The notes under the pieces were generated by a model. That model did no database searches. It worked only from the letters and a program-made list of their open reading frames with translations, and was not told where the DNA came from. Positions 25,683-34,425 of a stretch of 53,291 nucleotides of DNA are shown here, in pieces. The stretch is from Candidatus Giovannonibacteria bacterium RIFCSPHIGHO2_01_FULL_45_24 (GTDB lineage: Bacteria; Patescibacteriota; Minisyncoccia; UBA11713; 2-01-FULL-45-33): the NCBI GenBank assembly GCA_001778495.1, contig MFHE01000010.1, positions 1-53,291 of the forward strand, written 5' to 3'. How positions within the stretch are numbered: the first letter of the stretch is position 1; each line of letters opens with the position of its first letter. Both the position numbers and the translations under genes were made by a program.

Positions 25683-26525
25683 TTACTTGCAAGAGCCGGC
25701 CTCAACCTGCAAAACCGTTGTGTTAAAGTTATTTAACGTTGTCGTGCCGACATAAAGTCTAAATACAGTGCCATCTGTTGACCGCACAAGCTCAATACAA
25801 CTACCCTTTTTTGTTCCGCTAGTATCTAGATATAAGGTTGTGGTAGCGGCACTAGTGGCGGATAATTCAGCCGCCGGAGTAGATGTCCCGCCCGCGCCGA
25901 TGAATCCTTGTGTCGCGAATTGGCCGGAGGACCCCGTAGTTGTAGCCGTGCCGGACACCATAAGAGAGTTGGCTCCGGTTGAAATAGAAATGCCGGATGA
26001 GGAAGCAAAACCGAGAGTAGTGAGACCGGTCACTCCTAAAGTGCTGCTTAGGGTAGTTGCGCCTGTTACCGCAAGCGTGCCGGTAGCAGTGATATTGGAA
26101 ACATTCACCAAAGCGCCGGAAATGTAAGCGCTGCCCTGAACCGCCAAACTATTTCCAACCAAAGCAAAGGGAGTGGAAGTTGAAACTCCCAAAGTGCTGC
26201 CCGTAGTTATGGCTCCGGTCAATGTTGAGGCGCCTGTGACTGAAAGCGTTCCTGTTGCGGTGATATTGGAAACATTCATCAAATTGCCTGCGATATAAAC
26301 ATTGCCCTGGACTGAAATCATGGCGGTGTCAGACGGCGTGGAAGACGCGACCGCAACGGCTCCCGTAAGAGTGGACGCGCCGGAAACCGTGAGCGTCCCT
26401 CCGGTGTTTACATTAGTGCTAATAGTGGTTGCGGAATAAACAATCCCCGCGACCATTAGTACAGAAACAAGTCCAGACGCCGCCACGGTGATGGACTGTT
26501 TCTTTGAGAGAAGAAAATTCTTCAT
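25683..26525 (-). CDS. Thr/Ser/Gly-rich surface protein with beta-repeat units
   Basis: N-terminal hydrophobic helix; repeats of GTL.V.GA.TL and NVSNITATG; S.STP motifs. Confidence 0.75.
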   Translation of the reverse strand: MKNFLLSKKQSITVAASGLVSVLMVAGIVYSATTISTNVNTGGTLTVSGASTLTGAVAVASSTPSDTAMISVQGNVYIAGNLMNVSNITATGTLSVTGASTLTGAITTGSTLGVSTSTPFALVGNSLAVQGSAYISGALVNVSNITATGTLAVTGATTLSSTLGVTGLTTLGFASSSGISISTGANSLMVSGTATTTGSSGQFATQGFIGAGGTSTPAAELSATSAATTTLYLDTSGTKKGSCIELVRSTDGTVFRLYVGTTTLNNFNTTVLQVEAGSCK

Positions 26526-26622
26526 AAAAATTTTAATGCTAATAAAAACGAATAATTAAAGTTCGACGCTTTAAGCTGTTTTTATTATAGCATTATGCAC
26601 CAATAGGCCGGTTGTGGATAAC

Positions 26623-28881
26623 TTATCGAGGATTTCTCCCCGCCCTTACTTCCTCTATAAAATACTCCCCTTGCTCCTTAAATTGAGGATTGAGCTCTAT
26701 GGCCTTTTGAAGCTCTTTTATGGCATTTTGACGCTCTCCCAGCTGCATATAAGTTGCCGCCAGATTCACGCGGTATTGGGCGTTTCCGGGTTCCTGTTTT
26801 ATATAAAGCAGCCAGATATCGCGTACTTTTTTATAGTTCCCCACTCTGGCGTAAGCGGTAAGCAGGTTTTGGTCGGCGACTATCCCGTTTTTAAAAACTT
26901 TAGATAAAATTTCTTCAGCGTATCCTTCGTTTTTATTGAGTATGGCAACCAAAGCCAGGTTTTTCACGGATTCCCCGTAAGTCGGGTCAAGGTCGTAGGC
27001 CTCCTGCAAAATTTCCAGCGCTTTGTTGTTGTCCCCTTTCGTGATATTCGCGTCAGCCAGTAAAAAATAAATTTGCTGTTTTTGGGGCGACAATTCACGC
27101 GCCTTTGTGAGGGTTTTCAGCGCGTCGTCAATCCGCCCGATTTTCAAATAAAGCGCCGAAAGAAAAAGATGTGCTCTTGCGTCTTTTGGATTCTCCGCGG
27201 CCTGACGCTCCATTTCAACAATGGCTTTCTGCGCCGCCTTAACTTTGAGCTCCATCGGGACGTTAAATCCTGCGATTTTGTTTGCGTAGCCGGCGAGCTG
27301 TTCTCTGGCTTCCCCGTTGCCAAAAGTCTTAAGCTCAAACACCCTGTCAAAATCCGCTAAAACTTTGTCAACGTTTCCGGAATCCGTCGCCATGCCCTTC
27401 AGCGCATCAAGCAACCTTTGGTTTGCAAAAAGCGGTTTAAAATTCAGGAAGTAGAGAGAAAACAAAACCGCGATAAAAATAAAAATTACGGCGACGTATT
27501 TAGCAAAAAAAACTTCCGCGCCTGAACGGTTGCCCAGCTCTTTGAAACCGGGTTTTGAGACTTCCAAAAAACCCGGTTTCTTGCCGCTGGGCGAAGCCAA
27601 AAATTGGACGAACCCCAAAACGGAGAAAAAAATGAAATAGGAAGTAAGGTTGTCAAAAACAAAAAGATTGTGAAAAAAATAAGCGGCGAAAAGCGAGGTG
27701 AAAGCGGCTGTGGCAAATTTATCCGATTGATTTTTCCAAAGCGTGTAAATCGCCGCGGCGAAAATCCCCAGATAAGCAATCAGCCCAAGCGCCCCGCCCT
27801 GCGCCAGCCAGTCAAAAAATACGTTGTGGGCTCTGTCAAACCACGGCTCCTGTGGCCACAACCTGGCCTTATAGTACTTATTGAAGACAAGATTAAAATT
27901 TTCAAGTCCTACTCCCAAAACAGGATGTTCCTTGAACCCATCCAGCGCCATACCCCAGATGGTAAGGCGCGATTTCACGGTCTGCTCCTGGGGGGAGATG
28001 TCTGCAAATCTCTTAAGCACGTAGTTTTTGTCTACAAAACTTGTATTTTTGAGGGCAAAAAACACGCCCGCCAAAATCACAACGACCCCGATTACGCCAA
28101 ACGCTAAAATTTTTGATTTGCGGCTTCTTTCAATAAAAGCCAATAAAAGACCGAAGAGCGCCGTGCCTCCCATAAGGCCGATGATTGCCCCGCGCGTAGC
28201 GGTTAAAAATACGATTGGCACTTCCATAATAAGCACGAACGCCAAAATGCTCCGTATCCAAATTCTTTCTTCCCCGAAAAAGTAATAGGCGAGCAGAAAA
28301 AGATGAAATACTAGGTAAATGGCAAGATAAGTAGAATTGCCGAGCGTCGCGTCCAGCCGGACATCGGATTGGTGGATTTCCAATCTCCCCATAAACTGCA
28401 GGTATGAATAAGCCGTGATTATGAAACTCACCGCGATGCCCGAATAAAAAAATCTCCGCCAGTCCGTTTGCGATTTAAAAACGCCGATGAGCATTATAAA
28501 ATACGCAAAAAGGTGAAGATGCCCCAGAAGCCCTTCCATGCGCTCGTAGTTTGACCAAAAGCTGCGGTAAGGATTTGCTCCCAAAACCGTGGACAAAATC
28601 AAAACGGACATAGTAGCCGCAACCGCCCAAAAAATTGGAGATGGCCTGGGGCGATATTTTTTATCAAAAATGGCCGCAGTTGCCCAAAGGGCGAATAAAA
28701 TCTCAACCGCCATTCTGAAAAAAAAGTTTTTTCCGGTGATGAACGGGAAAAATAAATCACCGACTCCAGGAAGCAAAACATTGGCAAAAAAATTTCCGCC
28801 CACAATCAGCGTAGCTGCCGGCAAAACGCAAAGCCCGACTTTGATTATTCTAACAATGATGTCTATTGTTTTTTGCGACAT
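26623..28881 (-). CDS. O-antigen ligase/O-oligosaccharyltransferase-like membrane protein with C-terminal TPRs
   Basis: ATLGNSTYLA, TATRGA, SRLTIW, GVGLENF, DRAHNVFFD; TPR-like tail. Confidence 0.88.
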   Translation of the reverse strand: MSQKTIDIIVRIIKVGLCVLPAATLIVGGNFFANVLLPGVGDLFFPFITGKNFFFRMAVEILFALWATAAIFDKKYRPRPSPIFWAVAATMSVLILSTVLGANPYRSFWSNYERMEGLLGHLHLFAYFIMLIGVFKSQTDWRRFFYSGIAVSFIITAYSYLQFMGRLEIHQSDVRLDATLGNSTYLAIYLVFHLFLLAYYFFGEERIWIRSILAFVLIMEVPIVFLTATRGAIIGLMGGTALFGLLLAFIERSRKSKILAFGVIGVVVILAGVFFALKNTSFVDKNYVLKRFADISPQEQTVKSRLTIWGMALDGFKEHPVLGVGLENFNLVFNKYYKARLWPQEPWFDRAHNVFFDWLAQGGALGLIAYLGIFAAAIYTLWKNQSDKFATAAFTSLFAAYFFHNLFVFDNLTSYFIFFSVLGFVQFLASPSGKKPGFLEVSKPGFKELGNRSGAEVFFAKYVAVIFIFIAVLFSLYFLNFKPLFANQRLLDALKGMATDSGNVDKVLADFDRVFELKTFGNGEAREQLAGYANKIAGFNVPMELKVKAAQKAIVEMERQAAENPKDARAHLFLSALYLKIGRIDDALKTLTKARELSPQKQQIYFLLADANITKGDNNKALEILQEAYDLDPTYGESVKNLALVAILNKNEGYAEEILSKVFKNGIVADQNLLTAYARVGNYKKVRDIWLLYIKQEPGNAQYRVNLAATYMQLGERQNAIKELQKAIELNPQFKEQGEYFIEEVRAGRNPR
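27544..27580. repeat. Inverted palindrome pair inside the ligase gene
   Basis: GAAACCGGGTTTT-GAGACTTCCAA-AAAACCCGGTTTC, encoding KKPGFLEVSKPGFK. Confidence 0.7.
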
Positions 28882-29048
28882 GGTTTAAATAATAACAAAA
28901 GCAAAACCCAAGGCAAGGGAAAAGAAAAAGGCCCGGGGTTGAGAGATTCGTCGCGTAGTTAGTCCGTCTGTCCAGCTTGGATCTGGTTTTTCTGTTTTTG
29001 CTGGCTCCTCGATTTTTGTCAAGCGCGCGTGGTAATGCTCTGCCCGGC

Positions 29049-29077
29049 AGCACTTGGAAGCCGGACTTCCAAGTGCT
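29049..29077. repeat. REP-like palindrome upstream of RAYT
   Basis: AGCACTTGGAAG-CCGGA-CTTCCAAGTGCT (12-bp stem). Confidence 0.92.
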
Positions 29078-29088
29078 AATATGGCAAT

Positions 29089-29733
29089 ATGAGAAAAGAA
29101 GTATTTGCCGTTGGCAAATTTTATCATATCTACAACCGCGGGACTGATAAGCGAAAGATTTTCCTAGATAAATACGACTTTGAGCGATTCCTGCAAAGCA
29201 TGCAAGAATTTAATACGCTAGAACCAATAGGTAGTATTTATGAAAATTCTTTCGTAAAAGATCAACTTGGGAGTTCGGCTTCCAAGCAACGCAAATTAGT
29301 AAATTGCGTGGCTTATTGCCTTAATCCAAATCACTATCATTTTATTCTTCAGCAAACCAAAGAAAGAGGCGTAGAAAAATTTATGCAAAGACTCGGCACT
29401 GGTTTTACAAACTATTTTAATAATAAATACCACCGCAGTGGAGTATTGTTTCAGGGCAAATTTAAATCTCGCCATATTGACTCCAATGAGTATCTTTTAC
29501 ATATAAGCGCTTATGTAAATTTAAACGACCGCATCCACCGATTTGGGAGTTCGGCTTCCAAGTCGAGTTGGATAGAGTATGTAGAAAAACAAAAAGGGAT
29601 TTGTGAGAAAAAAATAATCCTAGATCAATTTGGAAACGTTGCGGAGTATAAAGCTTTTGCGGAAAGCTCGCTCAAAGACATATTGGCACGCAAACAACTT
29701 TACAAAGAGCTGGAAATATTACTGTTTGATTAA
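29089..29733 (+). CDS. REP-associated tyrosine transposase (RAYT, Y1/HUH family)
   Basis: YHIYNRG, AYCLNPNHYH (HUH), GVLFQGKF, YVNLN (catalytic Tyr region); flanked by palindromes. Confidence 0.92.
   Translation: MRKEVFAVGKFYHIYNRGTDKRKIFLDKYDFERFLQSMQEFNTLEPIGSIYENSFVKDQLGSSASKQRKLVNCVAYCLNPNHYHFILQQTKERGVEKFMQRLGTGFTNYFNNKYHRSGVLFQGKFKSRHIDSNEYLLHISAYVNLNDRIHRFGSSASKSSWIEYVEKQKGICEKKIILDQFGNVAEYKAFAESSLKDILARKQLYKELEILLFD
29265..29287. repeat. REP-like copy inside RAYT (LGSSASK)
   Basis: ACTT-GGGAGTTCGGCTTCC-AAGC. Confidence 0.85.
29541..29563. repeat. REP-like copy inside RAYT (FGSSASK)
   Basis: ATTT-GGGAGTTCGGCTTCC-AAGT. Confidence 0.85.
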
Positions 29734-29772
29734 CTTGGAAGCCGGACTTCCAAGTGCATCTTCCAAGTGCAT
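29733..29772. repeat. REP-like palindrome downstream of RAYT plus 13-nt tandem duplication
   Basis: ACTTGGAAGCCGGACTTCCAAGTGC, identical to the upstream copy; CTTCCAAGTGCAT occurs twice. Confidence 0.92.
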
Positions 29773-31520
29773 TATAGTTCGTATTCTATGACAATCGTAT
29801 CGTTTTGCTTCGGATGAAAGACACGAGTTTTTTTGCCGAGTCCCATCCCAACCCACGCAAGACAGCGGGGAGGCCGCTTAACCCCCACTTGATCGCGGAC
29901 GGAAACTGTATCTTCTCCGAACGTGTATTTTCTTTTCAAAATAAAATCGTCGCGCCGTTCTCCGTCGCGCGCCGCCGGCGCTACTTTGTAGGATGCCTCG
30001 CGCGGAGAAACGTCGGCGGTCACTTCCCCGCTCCACTCCGTGGAAATCAGAGGCGAAAACGCAGACAAAATGCGCCTTAAAAAATGCCCCGCGAAGAGAT
30101 GCCAAAACGCCCGAATATTTCCGGCGCGAAGTTCAACAAGCATGTAAAACACATGGCTTTTCAGTTCTTGCCGCTCATTTCTAAGAATCCTCAACGCGCG
30201 CCTAACTCGCATCAAAAACGAATGTGACAGCGGCACAGCCACCCAGCTGCCGTAGCCCATGCCGCTTTCTACCTCCCCATGGCGCGCGGGGAGTTGATTG
30301 GCGAATCCTTGCGATTTTTTGCCAAAATAAAGTATATTGCCTCCGCCGTATCCGGAGCCCCAGCTCATTGTCGGCGCGGACGTTTTCCCGCGCAGAGTTA
30401 CAAGATATGATGGCTTCCCAACGCGCAGAATGTCGGCGTTGGGGAAGTAAGCGTATTCGTCTTGCGGCATATTTGTTTTTTGCGGAACAAGATTCCGCAC
30501 GCGCGCAAGCCAGGCAACTTGGCAGGTCCAGAAAATTTTACATTGAAAATTTTCTCCGGTCTTGGAAGCGGTAATCCAGCCTCCCTCTTTCTGCTCACTC
30601 TCCAAGCGCTCCCACATAAGCCGCGCGTATTGCGTTGCTAATTCATCTCCGGCGCGTTCGCCCCACGCCAAAAGAGCGTAGAGGTCAAAAGAATAGCTGG
30701 CCACTTCGTAGAAAGAGTGCCAATACCAGCGTTTTGTTTCCGCCCGGATGCTTTTTAGCCCGTCTCTGCCGATTAGCGCGATCAGCGCCCGAATCCCCTT
30801 GCTTAAATTTGCTTCGTGCGAGCGCCAATCAACTCCAAGCCGGTCAAGAGAATATAATATAAAACCGATGTGCCGGGAATGATAAAAAGAAGTGATGTCG
30901 CGCGCGGAGCCCGGCATGCACGACTTCTCCGGAGAAGGATGGTACGAAAAAAACCCGTCCGCCAACTGCTCCCGAAAAGCGCGCTCAATTCCTTTTAAAA
31001 CGGCGTCTTTCCATTTTTTTTCATGAAATAAAGCGTAGGCGGCGGCGAGCCCGGTCCCCGCCCACAATCTCTGGTTGGTAATCGGCTTTTCTGACGCCGC
31101 TTCCGCAAGATAACTGGAAGAAACTTTCCATACGGCGTCGCGATATTTTTTTATTGTTTCCTCCGAAAGGCCGCTCTCTGGATGAAGCAGAAGAGAGGAA
31201 AGCGCGTCAATTCCGGAGCCCGCGTCCAAACTTGAATTGGACATATTGTATCTTGAGTAATTTCCGGGCCACACTATCCAATATTTTCCCGAGGGGTCCG
31301 GTTTTATTTTAGAATACACGAACTCCGCGTAGAGCTTCGCGCGTTCCAAATATTCAGCTCCCCCGGTCGCGTCAAAAAGCTCCAAATTCAATATCGCCGC
31401 GTAGGCGATTTTTCCGGTATGTTCAACTCTGTGTTTCGCGCAAAAAATATTTCCGTTCCTCTCCGAAGCGCCCAAAAGCGCGCCGGACGCTTTTTTAAGA
31501 AATTCCAGAGGGGCGTCCAT
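29772..31520 (-). CDS. Hypothetical protein, possibly alpha/alpha-toroid plus beta domain (glycan lyase/hydrolase-like)
   Basis: 582 aa; helical repeats, NQRLW, Q..DG.F.Y, YHS; located in the glycan locus. Confidence 0.55.
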   Translation of the reverse strand: MDAPLEFLKKASGALLGASERNGNIFCAKHRVEHTGKIAYAAILNLELFDATGGAEYLERAKLYAEFVYSKIKPDPSGKYWIVWPGNYSRYNMSNSSLDAGSGIDALSSLLLHPESGLSEETIKKYRDAVWKVSSSYLAEAASEKPITNQRLWAGTGLAAAYALFHEKKWKDAVLKGIERAFREQLADGFFSYHPSPEKSCMPGSARDITSFYHSRHIGFILYSLDRLGVDWRSHEANLSKGIRALIALIGRDGLKSIRAETKRWYWHSFYEVASYSFDLYALLAWGERAGDELATQYARLMWERLESEQKEGGWITASKTGENFQCKIFWTCQVAWLARVRNLVPQKTNMPQDEYAYFPNADILRVGKPSYLVTLRGKTSAPTMSWGSGYGGGNILYFGKKSQGFANQLPARHGEVESGMGYGSWVAVPLSHSFLMRVRRALRILRNERQELKSHVFYMLVELRAGNIRAFWHLFAGHFLRRILSAFSPLISTEWSGEVTADVSPREASYKVAPAARDGERRDDFILKRKYTFGEDTVSVRDQVGVKRPPRCLAWVGMGLGKKTRVFHPKQNDTIVIEYEL

Positions 31521-32847
31521 TTTCTTCCTTTCTCAAGAAAAATAATTGTATCTTCGCGTATTTTCTCCAAATTAGCCGCGGCATCACTTTAGAAAACAGC
31601 TTTGTAGCTTTGACGAACAATATAAAAAATAGCGGCGGGGACTTGCTGTAATAAGGCGTCAGCTCCTCAATGGCCGGGAAAAGAAACAAGCATTCCCGCA
31701 CTTTTAAACTGAACCCGGATTTTTTTAATATACCCAAAGCCCACTCCGGGTCAACAGGATTGAAAGGCGCCACCATCTGCGGCGTCATCACCGGAAAACG
31801 AATTTCTTTTTTGCGGCGCGCCTTGAAACGATGCAAGGGCAAAAAATAAGAAAATTTGTTGCAAATTCCTAAAATCAGCGTTCCGCCCGGTTTTACCAAA
31901 GACGACAAATCTTCCAGCATTTTTTCATGCAAATTTGTTGGATACGCCTCCAAACGAAAAAGACAGGAAACCGCATCGGCTTTACCCTCCGCGCCCGCGA
32001 AATTGTAATTGGCATAACCAATAGAGTTTTCCGGCTTGCCCACGCCGCCGACTCTTTCTATTGAAAAACGCGCCAGTTGGTCCGCGATTTCCAAAATTTT
32101 AAATCTGGCGCGCGGAAAAAGCTTGACCAAGCCCTCCAAATACGCGCCCGTTGACGGCAAAAAATCAATCCATTCCTTCGCGTCCCGCGGCGCGTGAGTT
32201 TTGATTGAATTAAGAACCGCGGCGAATTCTTCGTTAAGATACGGGCGGTATTTCGCGCCGCTCCAGACCCGGAATTCCTGAAATGCCTTTAACTGCTCAA
32301 TCGGCCAATCATCCGGATCCCCGGAAAGCGGCAGGTCGCGGCTGCCGTCGTAGAAATTATTATGCACAAACTCCGCGGGCGATCTGCGCCTGGGAGGAGG
32401 CGGTTTTTTGTCCGGCCAGCCGAACATAACCAAAGCAAGAATCTCGCGCCTTTCCGGTATCTTAAAAATGCTCCGCACAATTTTTTCTTTCCCAACGCTC
32501 GCCGCCCAATAAGCCCCGAGACCGAGACTTTCCGCCGCAAGGACCATATTTTGAATCGCCGCCGCGCCGGATTGGATGTTGGAATGGTATTCCTGGCTGA
32601 ATCGTTTATCGTAAGTAGCCACAAAAAGCACCGGGGCTCTCGCGGCCTCGCCGGCGGATTTGGCCTCATAAACAAGCTTTTGGCGGAGCGCGTGGTCGGT
32701 TACGCGAATCAGCCCCAGAAGCTGCATATTGCAGGAGCTCGGCGCCCAGCTGGCGGCTTCAAGAATTTTTTCAACATATTCCTCCGGCACGGGCTTATCG
32801 GAAAAATGCCGCTGGGTGCGCCGCGATTTAATAATGTCCAAAATCAT
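31495..32847 (-). CDS. Nitroreductase domain fused to a SAM-methyltransferase-like domain
   Basis: IKSRRT.RHF, ILEAA.WAPSSCN.Q, AIQNM.LAA..LGLG; later DFLPSTG and LVKPGGTLIL. Confidence 0.8.
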   Translation of the reverse strand: MILDIIKSRRTQRHFSDKPVPEEYVEKILEAASWAPSSCNMQLLGLIRVTDHALRQKLVYEAKSAGEAARAPVLFVATYDKRFSQEYHSNIQSGAAAIQNMVLAAESLGLGAYWAASVGKEKIVRSIFKIPERREILALVMFGWPDKKPPPPRRRSPAEFVHNNFYDGSRDLPLSGDPDDWPIEQLKAFQEFRVWSGAKYRPYLNEEFAAVLNSIKTHAPRDAKEWIDFLPSTGAYLEGLVKLFPRARFKILEIADQLARFSIERVGGVGKPENSIGYANYNFAGAEGKADAVSCLFRLEAYPTNLHEKMLEDLSSLVKPGGTLILGICNKFSYFLPLHRFKARRKKEIRFPVMTPQMVAPFNPVDPEWALGILKKSGFSLKVRECLFLFPAIEELTPYYSKSPPLFFILFVKATKLFSKVMPRLIWRKYAKIQLFFLRKEENGRPSGIS

Positions 32848-34424
32848 TTTAATTTAGAATAGATGTCGTTTCTTAAAAAAAGCAGTTGGTGGTTGATTGC
32901 CGGATAACGGTAAGCAAACGGCGATGGGTACTTTCGGGCAAGCGCGTAGCCCCGAAAGCGCGGGTCACCGGCAATCGCCATGGCCTCTTTGTCAGACTCC
33001 ACCCTCTCTAAAGAAGAACTGGTAATAAAAATCGCCGCCGGATTTTTAGAGTAAAAATAATCTATGCGCTCTTTGGACGATAGCTTGCCGCGCGCCAAAA
33101 CAGGGTCGTTTAGCGCGCCGAAATCAACGGCTTTTATTTTAGAAAAATACGGCACCGCGCCCGCATCCAAATAAATCACCACCCAATCTGTCGGTAATAG
33201 ATTTTTTTGAAGAAACTCGCCAGCTAAATAATGCTGACTCTCTTTTTCGGTTTTTTCATCATTGGCAAAAGTTATTTCATTTTTCAGTTTCGCCGCATTG
33301 AACAAAATTTGATATGAACTTAAGACAAAGAACAAAAATATTGCCAACTTATAACCAAGTTTTTTATTGACTTTAATATAATTAAGAACCGTAAAACCAA
33401 AATTAAATGCGAAAACCAATCCCAGCCACATTGCCGGCATCAGCGAAGTATAAAAACGCTCGGAGAAATTCGTAGTAAGGTGAGAGCGCGCATAAAACAG
33501 CATAAGTAAAGCCGCGAAAGCCGCAATGGGCAGAAAAACGTATAAAATATTGGATTCCCAAAATCCGCCCTCGCGCCTTTTTAGGCGCGCGGAAAACCAG
33601 TCTATTTCCGGCAATACAAGCGCTATGCCTGCCAAAATTGGGAGCGCAAAGTTTCCGCGCAGAAACCTGAACATATCAATTAAAATGTCCACGCTAAACC
33701 CGACGTCGCTTTTTGCGTAATAAGTATTCGGCAAGAAGGCATGATAATAATTTAATCGCCACAAAAAATACACGAGTGCCAGCAGAAAATAAAAAACAGC
33801 GAAACTGCCTATAAAACTTTTTAAGTTCTCGCGCCGCTGTTTAAATTCATAAAGCGCCGCGGCAACTGTAAAAAATCCGGCAAGCGCAACACCCTCCGGC
33901 CGCACCAAACTTGTAAAAAGCAGGGATAAAAACAAAGGCGCGCCTCCCCCGCGCAATAAAAACCGCAATAAGAAATACGACGACGCTAAAATAGAAGCGA
34001 CAAAGAGCATTGTTTCCAGCCCAGAAGAAGCGTGAGTAAATAAAATCGGCGCCGTGCTGTAAAGCAGCAATATAATGCCGAAGACAAATTTGTCAGATTT
34101 CAGCAGTTTCAGCGATAAAAAAAGCATAAGCCACCCTAAAAAGAAAGAAAAAACGCCGATGGCGCGGCTTACATTTATCGGGTCAAAACCGAATCTCATA
34201 AAAACAGCGAGCGCCGCAGGCAAAAATACTCCCGTATATCCCTCAATCGGCGGCTCGCCCACATTCCAGGTAAATTCACTGAACTTCGCTAAATTTTCTG
34301 CGTACCTGAAAGTGATGAAAGCGTCGTCTATGACCCATTTTGGAAAAATCACGAAAACAAAAATCGGGTAAACAACCGAAGCCAGTATTAGAAACGAGGA
34401 AACGACCCTGATAAGCCGGTTCAT
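32844..34424 (-). CDS. GT-C-type membrane glycosyltransferase
   Basis: DDAFITFRYAENL, EGYT, SGLET, VRPEG, PNTYYAK, DAGAVPYFS. Confidence 0.8.
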   Translation of the reverse strand: MNRLIRVVSSFLILASVVYPIFVFVIFPKWVIDDAFITFRYAENLAKFSEFTWNVGEPPIEGYTGVFLPAALAVFMRFGFDPINVSRAIGVFSFFLGWLMLFLSLKLLKSDKFVFGIILLLYSTAPILFTHASSGLETMLFVASILASSYFLLRFLLRGGGAPLFLSLLFTSLVRPEGVALAGFFTVAAALYEFKQRRENLKSFIGSFAVFYFLLALVYFLWRLNYYHAFLPNTYYAKSDVGFSVDILIDMFRFLRGNFALPILAGIALVLPEIDWFSARLKRREGGFWESNILYVFLPIAAFAALLMLFYARSHLTTNFSERFYTSLMPAMWLGLVFAFNFGFTVLNYIKVNKKLGYKLAIFLFFVLSSYQILFNAAKLKNEITFANDEKTEKESQHYLAGEFLQKNLLPTDWVVIYLDAGAVPYFSKIKAVDFGALNDPVLARGKLSSKERIDYFYSKNPAAIFITSSSLERVESDKEAMAIAGDPRFRGYALARKYPSPFAYRYPAINHQLLFLRNDIYSKLK

Positions 34425-34425
34425 A

